From the NCBI GenBank assembly GCA_015233015.1, contig JADFYO010000015.1, positions 450 to 64,449 of the forward strand: a stretch of DNA of 64,000 bases. Direction: 5' to 3'. A program made the translations under genes and the position numbers. This DNA comes from Nitrospirota bacterium (GTDB lineage Bacteria > Nitrospirota > Thermodesulfovibrionia > Thermodesulfovibrionales > Magnetobacteriaceae). The notes beneath the pieces were generated by a model. It did not search any database and was not told the DNA's origin. It was given only the letters and a program-made list of their open reading frames with translations. This document shows, one piece after another, positions 56,161 through 64,000 of the stretch (the first letter of the stretch is position 1; each line of letters opens with the position of its first letter).

Positions 56161-56441
56161 ACCGATGCGGCCTCGATTTGCCGCCTAAGCGTCTTGTGCA
56201 GGCTGTCGCGCGTCATAATGTCAGTCTTGCAGCCAAGTATATGAGCGGCGCGTTCCTTAACCTCCATAAGTTCAAAGAGACCAAACTTTCCTTTTTCATA
56301 GTCAAAAAAAAGATCAACATCGGAATCGTCTTTCGCTTCGCCGCGCGCGGTTGAACCAAACATAAAAAGATGCTCAACGCCAAGCCCCTTCAGGTCGGCC
56401 TCGTGTTGTTTTAACCGGCCAATAGCTTCATTCCGTTCCAT
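56148..56441 (-). CDS. MNT-type nucleotidyltransferase antitoxin
   Basis: 97 aa with LFMFGSTARGEAKDDSDVDLFFDY (GSx10DxD). Confidence 0.8.
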   Translation of the reverse strand: MERNEAIGRLKQHEADLKGLGVEHLFMFGSTARGEAKDDSDVDLFFDYEKGKFGLFELMEVKERAAHILGCKTDIMTRDSLHKTLRRQIEAASVCVF

Positions 56442-56545
56442 GCTATATTATACCACAAGCATTAGAGATTTGGTCATCGTCTTGTCTGATGTTTGTCTTT
56501 TACGCTTCACGTGTGATAGAATATATCATATGGGGTTTAAATTAT

Positions 56546-57172
56546 ATGCGGTTTAAATTTAAAAATATCCTTAAGCAGATGTCTTTTAATACGTTTATCC
56601 CTTTTTTTTACCCGATTATGATGCTGCCGCTTAAGGGCTGGAGGAGAAAGGCCATCGCTATGCTTGATTTCCGGGCGGGCGACAGGGTTATAATCCCCGG
56701 TGTTGGCAGCGGTTACGATTTACCACATATTCCACACGGCGTTTCGGTTGACGGCGTTGACATCAGCGCGGTAATGCTTGCTATTGCGAAAAACAAAATC
56801 CGGCATAATCCTCAATCTATCACGCTGCACATAATGGACGCGGAAAACCTGGATTTCCCGCCCAATACCTTCGATAAGGCAATACTCGATCTATTCATTA
56901 CGTGCGTACATGACCCTGAAAAGGCGTTCTCCGAAATCGTGAGAGTCCTTAAGCCAAACGGCGAAATCCTCATATACGACCATCTCATCAGGGTTCCCAA
57001 GTGGACGGCTCCATTTATATCAGGGTTGGACTTCGTGATGAAATACAATTTCTGCACCGTAATCAGGGTATTTGACGACGTTATAAAGGATCAGCCGGTT
57101 ACAGTCGTCAAAGAAATACGGGGAGACCCATTTGGTTTTATAAAGGGCTTTCTGCTTCGTAAAACAGCCTGA
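56546..57172 (+). CDS. class I SAM-dependent methyltransferase
   Basis: VIIPGVGSGYD is motif I, followed by LKPNGEILIYDH. The start is uncertain (the ORF opens at 56489). Confidence 0.7.
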   Translation: MRFKFKNILKQMSFNTFIPFFYPIMMLPLKGWRRKAIAMLDFRAGDRVIIPGVGSGYDLPHIPHGVSVDGVDISAVMLAIAKNKIRHNPQSITLHIMDAENLDFPPNTFDKAILDLFITCVHDPEKAFSEIVRVLKPNGEILIYDHLIRVPKWTAPFISGLDFVMKYNFCTVIRVFDDVIKDQPVTVVKEIRGDPFGFIKGFLLRKTA

Positions 57173-57226
57173 TATATACTCATACCAAGTTGCGTTCATA
57201 GAAGTGAGAAGACACCTATAACAATA

Positions 57227-57312
57227 GAATCATCCTGAGCCTGTCGAAGGATGCTCCTCTATTGCGCATTTCCCCATAAATCGGAGATCCTTCGACAAGC
57301 TCAGGATGATTC
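57227..57312. repeat. 86-bp palindromic intergenic element, copy 2
   Basis: The left arm is the same 27-bp sequence as at 6912. The spacer is highly similar, and the right arm has one mismatch. Confidence 0.9.
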
Positions 57313-57450
57313 TATATAACAGGATTATTTTTACTCATATGTTTGCAACTTGGTATCAATGGCCGCGGCATTAATTTCACACAGAATTGTTTGTATTTCT
57401 TTTTTGTTGACATTTTATTATTTCATGATTTAATGCTATAATTAACTATC

Positions 57451-58104
57451 ATGGAAGGCAAGAGCGGCAATATGGGCGGCAATATGGGCGGCAATATGGG
57501 CGGCAATAACGTCGGCGGCGATAACGCAGGCAATATCGTTAGTAACCGTTCCCAGAAGAGGCAGCGCTCTGTATATGCCGACAGGCTGAATATCCTGATA
57601 GCGGCTGTCATAGGGATAGCGGTCATTCTTGCTGTTATCGTATCGGTTATCATGGTCAAATATTATGGTCAGGCTCAGGGACAGATTCAGGGAGCAAGCG
57701 CCTCTATGTCATCGCAGGGCGCCATTGCCTTTGCGGTTGTATTCCTTAGTTACTTAGTTGTCTCGATATTTCTGGTCATATTTTTTGTGTACCGGATACT
57801 AAGCCCGTTTAGGCGGCTGCTCAGGGATATGGACGCAATCATCGGGGGGGACATAAAAAGACGCCTTTTATTGCGCGATGAGGATGTCTTTCTAATCAAG
57901 GAGTTTGTCCTGGGCGTAAATACTATCGTTGCCAAACTGGAGCAAATGCATCTTGTTAAAGATGAATTTGTCGTCCACCTAGACGCCGAGGGGCAGCAGC
58001 TGCTTTCCCTTCTCGAACAGGACAAAGGAATGAGCAGCAAGGCCAGAGAGGCAGTCATATCATATCACAACAAGTTTATCACCATCGTCAAAGATAAGAT
58101 CTGA
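57451..58104 (+). CDS. two-TM membrane protein with a GNMG-repeat N-terminus and a HAMP-like segment
   Basis: 217 aa. The N-terminus carries (GNMG)x3. The region after TM2 (PFRRLLRDMDAIIGGDIKRRL...VNTIVAKLEQM) resembles a HAMP linker. Confidence 0.5.
   Translation: MEGKSGNMGGNMGGNMGGNNVGGDNAGNIVSNRSQKRQRSVYADRLNILIAAVIGIAVILAVIVSVIMVKYYGQAQGQIQGASASMSSQGAIAFAVVFLSYLVVSIFLVIFFVYRILSPFRRLLRDMDAIIGGDIKRRLLLRDEDVFLIKEFVLGVNTIVAKLEQMHLVKDEFVVHLDAEGQQLLSLLEQDKGMSSKAREAVISYHNKFITIVKDKI
57465..57510 (+). repeat. in-frame 12-bp tandem repeat (gcggcaatatgg, 3 full units plus 1 partial)
   Basis: Direct reading of 57465-57510. Confidence 0.85.
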
Positions 58105-58170
58105 CGCGGCCTCATAAACCCGATTTGCCTGCACATGTGCCCCCGTGGGACTGACTAATACCGCGAGATA

Positions 58171-61100
58171 ATGTTAATGCAAATAAATTACGAGCTGAAA
58201 TTAAAATGGGGATTTATTCTCATCGCCGAAGTGGACAGTGGGCGGCTGTCTTTGCGTTTATCCCCCAGCGGCGGCGATAAACTCCCCGACTGTGTTTTTC
58301 ATTGGGGGGTATGTGCCGGTAAATCCACGAAATGGCAGTTGCCCCCTGATACCCTTCGTCCGCCCTGCACTAAACCAGCGGGAGCAGCGTCAGTTCAAAC
58401 GCCTTTCACACCCATCAGCCAGTCAGTATCTGTCCTTGAGTTTGCCGTCAGCGACGCCCTGCCGTTTGCATCTATTGAGTTTGTCCTTTTTTTCCCCGGC
58501 GAAAACAGATGGGACAACAATAACGGAAAAAACTACCGGATTGAACTGCAAAACTCAGGAGTAATTCCGTCGTCCCCCGAATTGCCGTCAGAATTGACCC
58601 CTGAATTGCCGACAGAATTACCTTCTGTTGCCGGCAGTATTGCCGAATTGAACCACACATTTGACAATGGGCGGCGGTTATATGCCGCAGTTACAAATAC
58701 TGACGGCGGTTATGCCCTTGACCTGTTCACCAGTTTAACCCCTGCTCCGGTGACGCTTCACTGGGGGACAGCCACGGCAAGGGGCGGCGGGTGGCTCGCG
58801 CCGCCGGTTGAAATATCACCCCCTGAGGGTTCTCTTCTCTGCGGCACTGCCGTAGACTCTCCGCTTAGTTTTGTATCAGGCGTTGGACACTTTCATCTGG
58901 AAGTTCCCGCTGAGTGTGCACCTCCTTTTTTCACATTTGTCTTACATCTGCCTTCAACCTGCCGATGGCTCAATTGCGGCGGGCAGAATTTCTACATTCC
59001 CATAGCGCCCCAGCCCGGCAATCTTATCGATGAAAATCTAAGCGAATACGCCGACGAAATTATAAACGCCGAAATGAACGGCAACTCATGGACGCTTATG
59101 CACAGGTTTAATCTGTGTTACAGGCTTTGTGAGCGGCTTGGGGGGAATGCGGAGGGCCTTGCGCTTCTTTTTGTCTGGCTGCGCTACTCCGCGATGAGGC
59201 AGCTTGACTGGCAGCGTAATTACAACACGCAGCCGCGTGAGTTGAGCCATGCCGAGGACCGCCTGACACTCAAACTTACGGAGATTTATATTAACAACCC
59301 TCAGGCACGCCCGCTTATCCCGCTCATGATGATGACGATGGGGCCGGGCGGCGATGGGCAGCGCATCAGAGACGAAATCCTACAGATAATGCACCGCCAC
59401 AGGATTAAGGAGGTCACCGGCCATTTCCTTGAAGAGTGGCATCAAAAGCTCCATAACAATGCCACTGCCGACGATGTAGTAATCTGCGAGGCCTATCTGG
59501 CCTTCCTGCGAGCTAACGGCGACCGCGGCAGGTTCTATGAGGTATTAAACAGCGGCGGCGTTACAGAGGAGCGTTTAAGGGGCTTTGAACGGCCAATAAA
59601 AACGCACCCGGACTTCGTCCCTCATCTTAAAGATGCCCTGATACACGATTTCGAGGCCTATTTAAAGACCTTAAAGTCAGTCCACTCATCGACCGACCTT
59701 GACCGCGCCCTAAGAACCTCATCCAACCTGTTTGACAACGATATTAAAAACGCCCTAAATTTCATAGGACAAAACAAGGAATTATATGATTCAGACAAAA
59801 TTAAAGACCTCTTTGCCACGGCAACATGGGTTCGCAGCAGGCTAAGGCAGCTCTTAAGCACTGAAAGAGACACGCAAAGGGCGAGGGAGATGCTTATGCT
59901 TGACCTGTCCCTTGTCGAGTTCATTCGCCTTATAGCAGAGCGCTCTGAGAATCAGGACAAGTCAGCGCTCATCGAATATGTCTGTTTAGCCGCCGAAAAC
60001 ATAATAGGCTCAGGCAGCCGCGTTGACGAGGAACTTCTCATTTGTATTGGACATCTGAGAAATCTCCCGCCGCCGGGCGCTCCTGACTGGGTGTTGCACG
60101 TCATCAGTGTTACAGAGCGGCTCGAGCGAATACTTGGCGGTGCCGTTGAGTGGTATTATAAGACATTTCAGGGAAAGGCCGAATTCCTCGGAAGGGCATT
60201 CCACGCCGCATCATGGACGGTTAACCTGTTCACTGAGGAACTGCTTCGCGGTCAGCCGCCCTTTGTCCTTTCGATCTTATTAAGACGCCTCAATCAGGTA
60301 CTCAGAAAAGAGTATAACCTCGGAGTCTGGCAGGTGATAAGCCCCTTTCAGGCAAGCGGAAAGGTTATCGCCGTCGATACGCTTCATCAGATTCAGGACA
60401 AGACCTTCGACGAAGCGGCCGTTGTCATTGCGGGAAAGGTGGCGGGTGACGAGGAAGTTCCCCGTGGAGTTACAGCCGTAATATCTCCCGATATGACAGA
60501 TATAGTGTCGCATGTGGCAGTAAGGGCAAGAAATGCCCGCGTACTGTTTGCGGCATGTTACGATGCCGCCATCTTAGAGGCACTTAAAGCCTTGTCGGGG
60601 CGTTACGTCTCACTCACAATAACCCCATCAGGCGGAGTTGCCTTCGATGAGACGACACAACCCGCAATATCGGATATAATAAATTCTCAGGACGCAAGAT
60701 ATGTCTTAACCGCGCCTCGCTTTGAGTTTACCACGTTTGCAATGTCTATAATTAATCTTAACCGTGCCGTTGCTGGGGGCAAGTCAACGAACCTTGCCGC
60801 CCTCAGAGGTAACGTCCCAGGCTGGATAAACCTGCCGCCATCAGTCGTAATCCCATTCGGGGCAATGGAGAAGGTCATCAGCCTCAACCCTGAAATAGGG
60901 TCCCAATACACCGGTCTTTTAGGAGACGCAACGCGTCAGACGCTGCCCAAGCTGCGTACATTAATAGAGAAGCTGATAATCCCCGATGAGTTTATGTTGG
61001 GTTTAGCCGTGGTCATGTCAGAAGCCGGGGTTTCGTATCCCGCGCCAGAGGGGCAGCGTGCCGCGGAGTGTATAAAGAAGGTATGGGCCTCACTCTGGAA

Positions 61101-61674
61101 TGAACGTGCATTTTTGAGCCGCTTGAATAACTTCGCCGGCAATCCCCACGAGGGCATCTCGATGGCGGTGCTTATTCAGGAGATAATCAAGGCTGACTAT
61201 GCCTTTGTAGTTCACACGGTAAATCCTGTAACCGGCGCAAAGGACGAGATATTCGCCGAGGTAGTGCTGGGGCTTGGAGAGACCCTTGTGGGAAACCACC
61301 CCGGGCGCGCGCTGAGTTTCACGTGTAAAAAAGACGGCGGCACCCCAAACGTCGCGGCGTATCCGGGTAAGAGTTATGGACTTTATGCCGACGGCCTTAT
61401 ATTTCGTTCTGACTCCAATGTTGAAGACCTGTCGGGGTATGCCGGGGCGGGGCTATACGATTCGATTACTATGAGAGAGCCTGAGAGCAAACTGCTCGAT
61501 TATTCGTCAAATCCCATCCTCAGAGAAGAGGCATTCAGAAACAGTTTGCTGTCAAAAATAAAAGAAATTGGCGTAACGGTAGAGAAGGCCTTCGGCAGTC
61601 CGCAGGATATCGAGGGTGCATATGCCAATGGCCAGTTCTATGTGCTGCAAAGCCGCCCGCAGGTTGGAATATAG
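58171..61674 (+). CDS. alpha-glucan, water dikinase (GWD)-like enzyme
   Basis: 1167 aa. Two CBM45-like modules are present (VFHWGV..W..PP...IEFVLFF..NRWDNNNGKNYRIEL; VTLHWGT..W..PP...FTFVLH...RWLNCGGQNFYIPI). The phosphohistidine segment is ISPDMTDIVSHVAVRARNARVLFAACYD. The C-terminal PPDK_N-type nucleotide-binding domain has GGKSTNLAALRG, GLGETLVG, FRSDSNVEDLSGYAGAGLYDS and PQDIEG. The domain order matches that of plant GWD. Confidence 0.85.
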   Translation: MLMQINYELKLKWGFILIAEVDSGRLSLRLSPSGGDKLPDCVFHWGVCAGKSTKWQLPPDTLRPPCTKPAGAASVQTPFTPISQSVSVLEFAVSDALPFASIEFVLFFPGENRWDNNNGKNYRIELQNSGVIPSSPELPSELTPELPTELPSVAGSIAELNHTFDNGRRLYAAVTNTDGGYALDLFTSLTPAPVTLHWGTATARGGGWLAPPVEISPPEGSLLCGTAVDSPLSFVSGVGHFHLEVPAECAPPFFTFVLHLPSTCRWLNCGGQNFYIPIAPQPGNLIDENLSEYADEIINAEMNGNSWTLMHRFNLCYRLCERLGGNAEGLALLFVWLRYSAMRQLDWQRNYNTQPRELSHAEDRLTLKLTEIYINNPQARPLIPLMMMTMGPGGDGQRIRDEILQIMHRHRIKEVTGHFLEEWHQKLHNNATADDVVICEAYLAFLRANGDRGRFYEVLNSGGVTEERLRGFERPIKTHPDFVPHLKDALIHDFEAYLKTLKSVHSSTDLDRALRTSSNLFDNDIKNALNFIGQNKELYDSDKIKDLFATATWVRSRLRQLLSTERDTQRAREMLMLDLSLVEFIRLIAERSENQDKSALIEYVCLAAENIIGSGSRVDEELLICIGHLRNLPPPGAPDWVLHVISVTERLERILGGAVEWYYKTFQGKAEFLGRAFHAASWTVNLFTEELLRGQPPFVLSILLRRLNQVLRKEYNLGVWQVISPFQASGKVIAVDTLHQIQDKTFDEAAVVIAGKVAGDEEVPRGVTAVISPDMTDIVSHVAVRARNARVLFAACYDAAILEALKALSGRYVSLTITPSGGVAFDETTQPAISDIINSQDARYVLTAPRFEFTTFAMSIINLNRAVAGGKSTNLAALRGNVPGWINLPPSVVIPFGAMEKVISLNPEIGSQYTGLLGDATRQTLPKLRTLIEKLIIPDEFMLGLAVVMSEAGVSYPAPEGQRAAECIKKVWASLWNERAFLSRLNNFAGNPHEGISMAVLIQEIIKADYAFVVHTVNPVTGAKDEIFAEVVLGLGETLVGNHPGRALSFTCKKDGGTPNVAAYPGKSYGLYADGLIFRSDSNVEDLSGYAGAGLYDSITMREPESKLLDYSSNPILREEAFRNSLLSKIKEIGVTVEKAFGSPQDIEGAYANGQFYVLQSRPQVGI

Positions 61675-61683
61675 TTCCGCAAG

Positions 61684-61818
61684 CTAATCAGTTATAGAGA
61701 CATCTTCTTTAGGTTTCTTTTGCACTGTACAATGTAGTACCTCTGCAGAAAAACCTGAACCTGTGAATAGAATTGCTTTCCCGTTGATAGCCTCTTGAAT
61801 AGCCTCGTTAATTTCCAT
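61684..61818 (-). CDS. 45-aa ORF downstream of hicA (possible gene remnant)
   Basis: An AAGGAG ribosome-binding site lies about 9 nt upstream of ATG 61818. My own translation is MEINEAIQEAINGKAILFTGSGFSAEVLHCTVQKKPKEDVSITD. It is below the ORF-track length cutoff. Confidence 0.25.
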   Translation of the reverse strand: MEINEAIQEAINGKAILFTGSGFSAEVLHCTVQKKPKEDVSITD

Positions 61819-61883
61819 AATATTTCAGACTCCTTTTCTTCAGAGCAGGTTTCTGGTGTTAATACACAGCTATAATTAGAAAC

Positions 61884-62102
61884 CTATAGGTTATTAAACT
61901 CCTCCGTCGATATATTCGCTTGTTTTATCAGTTTTTTCAAAATGCCAGGGCCAAGTTCGGGATGTAGAGGTATGGACAATGTGTATTCATAACCTTCTTT
62001 TGTCATCATTACATGAGAGCCTTTCTGTCTTGCCACAATCCAACCGGCCCTTTTAAATTTACTGATTGTCTCGATGCCGGAACAAAGTCTTAATCGGTGC
62101 AC
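61884..62102 (-). CDS. hicA: HicA mRNA-interferase toxin
   Basis: GWIVARQKGSHVMMTKEG is the HicA core. The GTG start abuts the hicB stop. Confidence 0.8.
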   Translation of the reverse strand: MHRLRLCSGIETISKFKRAGWIVARQKGSHVMMTKEGYEYTLSIPLHPELGPGILKKLIKQANISTEEFNNL

Positions 62103-62303
62103 TCAAACATTAACCTCGATAAGCTCTCCCTTGGAGTACTCACTTTTTGAGTTCATCACCTCAAGCCATCCCTCTATTGCTTCATGTATGTTTTGGATCG
62201 CTTCTTCCCTTGTCTTGCCTTGGGAGAGGCAGCCAGGCAGCGCCATCACTTCAACTACAAAATAGCCTGCCTCGTCTTGCTCTATATGTAACTGCAATTT
62301 CAT
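62103..62303 (-). CDS. hicB: HicB-family antitoxin
   Basis: The core motif is ALPGCLSQGKTREEAIQNIHEAIEGWLE. Confidence 0.8.
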   Translation of the reverse strand: MKLQLHIEQDEAGYFVVEVMALPGCLSQGKTREEAIQNIHEAIEGWLEVMNSKSEYSKGELIEVNV

Positions 62304-62429
62304 GTAAATCCTTCTTGCGGATTCTGTTGTATTTACTCTTTAAAATCATAATGTATCATGATTACAGAGTTTTTGTCAAAGAAACATGAGGATCGGGGCA
62401 ACCGCACTATACTCTTTATCATAAAAGCA

Positions 62430-62505
62430 ATTAGACGGAGTACAGAAGCCGCCAATGGGCGGCACAGGGGTGAAGGGGGATTATCCCCCTTCGTCTTTAA
62501 TCCTT
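62430..62505. repeat. double-hairpin 3'-end element, copy 2 (inverted relative to copy 1)
   Basis: The reverse complement matches 52646-52720 apart from the loop of the second hairpin and a few flanking bases. It lies just downstream of fbp on that gene's sense strand. Confidence 0.75.
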
Positions 62506-62531
62506 AGGGGTTTGTCCGTTTGGATCATCCT

Positions 62532-63506
62532 TTATCCCGCATTCATAAACTGAGTATTCATAAACTGCACAACTTCCTTCCTACTTCCCAAAAACACGGG
62601 AGTCCGTGAGTGTATCTCCTGGGGTTTGGCCTGAAGAATGTCGCCTTTGCCTTCGGTTGACATACCACCGGCCTGTTCCACTATCATTGCCATAGGGAGC
62701 ACCTCATAGAGCATCCTCAGTTTCCCTTTTTTACTCTTTGCGTCAGCGGGATAGGCAAATATGCCTCCTTTCAGAAGTGTCCTGTGGACATCGGCAACCA
62801 TAGTGCCGCTAAACCGCGCAGTGTAGCCCTCGTCTTTGAGGTCATCGAAATAATCCCGTATCTTCTTATCCCATCCCTTAGAGTTGGATTCGTTTACCGA
62901 GTATATCTTCCCGCTCTCAGGTATCCTCATATCCTTGTGAGACAATAAAAATAGTCCGACCGAAGGGTCAAGCGTGAATGCGTTTAAGCCCGTCCCCGTA
63001 GTGTATGCAAACACCGACGACGAGCCGTAGATAACATAACCGGCTGCTATCTGCTTATCTCCTCCCTGGAGGAAGTCTTCGTGGGTGCCGGTATTTTTTC
63101 TGTATATGGAGAATATTGTCCCGATGCTGACGTTTACTTCGATATTGCTTGAGCCGTCGAGGGGGTCAAAGGCTATGACGTATTTGCCTTCACTTCCTTT
63201 ATCGGGATAGATAACGTCGTCGAGTTCCTCGGAGGCTATGGCGAAGAATTGCCCGCTGTCGGACAGCACCCTTATGAGGACATTGTTGGCGAATTCGTCC
63301 AGTTTTTGTACTTCCTCGCCCTGTACGTTTATCTTCTGTGCCTTTCCGAATATCTCCGCAAGCCCGGCCATTCTCACGTGTGAGGCGATAATTTTTGTAG
63401 CGGTCTCAATGGCCATCAACGCTATGGACAATGAGCCCGTGGCGCTGGGATATTTCCTCTCTTCCTCTAAAATATACCTGTTCAGATCCATTCCTATATT
63501 CGGCAT
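62532..63506 (-). CDS. fbp: class 1 fructose-1,6-bisphosphatase
   Basis: Motifs are FDPLDGSSN, YGSSS and GKLRMLYEVLPMAMIVEQAGG. The start is taken at MPNIGMDLNRY (63506), which is preceded by GGAGG. Confidence 0.9.
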   Translation of the reverse strand: MPNIGMDLNRYILEEERKYPSATGSLSIALMAIETATKIIASHVRMAGLAEIFGKAQKINVQGEEVQKLDEFANNVLIRVLSDSGQFFAIASEELDDVIYPDKGSEGKYVIAFDPLDGSSNIEVNVSIGTIFSIYRKNTGTHEDFLQGGDKQIAAGYVIYGSSSVFAYTTGTGLNAFTLDPSVGLFLLSHKDMRIPESGKIYSVNESNSKGWDKKIRDYFDDLKDEGYTARFSGTMVADVHRTLLKGGIFAYPADAKSKKGKLRMLYEVLPMAMIVEQAGGMSTEGKGDILQAKPQEIHSRTPVFLGSRKEVVQFMNTQFMNAG

Positions 63507-63602
63507 TATAGTTACCTCCTCGTGATGGTAGTCACGATATTTTAACATAATAATATGACCGGCTCATGTACTTTTTTTCAGACAACATGATAGTATCATA
63601 GT

Positions 63603-63974
63603 ATGCTGTATGGCGAGAAAAACATCTCCGAAGCGGTCATTGAGCTATGGGAAAATCCCCACGCTGACAGGGACTATGAGATAAAAATAGACCTGCCGGA
63701 GTTCACATGCATGTGCCCGCGCTCTGGCTACCCTGACTTTGCCGTTATCAGAGTGACCTATGTACCGGACAAAATAATCGTCGAGTTAAAATCATTAAAA
63801 CTCTATTTAAACTCATTCAGAAACAGATACATCTCCCACGAAGACGCGGCAAACGTTATTTATAACGAGCTTCATGGAAAACTGTCGCCGCGCTATTTAG
63901 AGGTAATCGGGGATTTTAATCCAAGGGGAAACGTAAAGACGGTAATAAGGGTGGCGTCTGACATTAAGCTGTGA
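63603..63974 (+). CDS. queF: NADPH-dependent 7-cyano-7-deazaguanine reductase (unimodular QueF)
   Basis: Motifs are [13 protein letters not shown] and [18 protein letters not shown]. Confidence 0.9.
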   Translation: MLYGEKNISEAVIELWENPHADRDYEIKIDLPEFTCMCPRSGYPDFAVIRVTYVPDKIIVELKSLKLYLNSFRNRYISHEDAANVIYNELHGKLSPRYLEVIGDFNPRGNVKTVIRVASDIKL

Positions 63975-64000
63975 GTGAGCAGTATGGGGGGTAGATATGT

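Noticed and set aside
52646-62505. Inverted copies of the double-hairpin element flanking about 9.8 kb, considered as a composite transposon
   Set aside because: There is no transposase or integrase between or beside the copies. Each copy sits at a gene 3' end in that gene's sense orientation, which fits terminator- or REP-like elements better than transposon ends.
1-64000. A search for tRNA, rRNA, tmRNA, integrase and transposase genes
   Set aside because: Reading the intergenic regions showed no cloverleaf-like or rRNA-like sequence. No ORF has recombinase or DDE motifs. A tRNAscan/Infernal run would be needed for certainty.

Overview
This is a 64-kb chromosomal window from a diderm bacterium. 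MurJ, a Wza-type exporter and a GspE ATPase support the diderm assignment, and lineage cannot be fixed from sequence alone. I found no rRNA, tRNA, CRISPR array, transposase or integrase by eye.

The housekeeping backbone comprises murJ, an M20 amidohydrolase, a gpsA-larB-gspE-like operon, glgP, an octaheme-type cytochrome c, pgi, an Aquifex-type aconitase, fbp and queF.

Four other blocks stand out:
- A roughly 20-kb Wzx/Wzy-type exopolysaccharide locus lies at about 22.9-43.5 kb. It includes a textbook sigma54 promoter, a split BY-kinase/PCP pair, a phosphoethanolamine-transferase-like gene, and two tandem priming sugar transferases carrying a PilZ-like C-terminal extension.
- Several toxin-antitoxin modules are present: two hicBA pairs, brnTA, and MNT plus a decayed HEPN. 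There is also a solitary Type IIG restriction-modification fusion enzyme.
- A very plant-like alpha-glucan, water dikinase homologue sits at 58.2-61.7 kb.
- Several families of palindromic intergenic repeats occur.

The best candidate for an undescribed system is the visibly AT-rich islet between gpsA and glgP (about 11.4-17.5 kb). It encodes a signal-less protein with an RlpA-type DPBB domain. This is followed by a tandemly duplicated, translationally coupled three-gene cassette, giving six paralogous small secreted proteins with no domain I recognise. A stand-alone RelA/SpoT-domain enzyme with a long C-terminal extension comes last.

All functional calls rest on motif recognition in the supplied translations. 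No database search or numerical composition analysis could be run.
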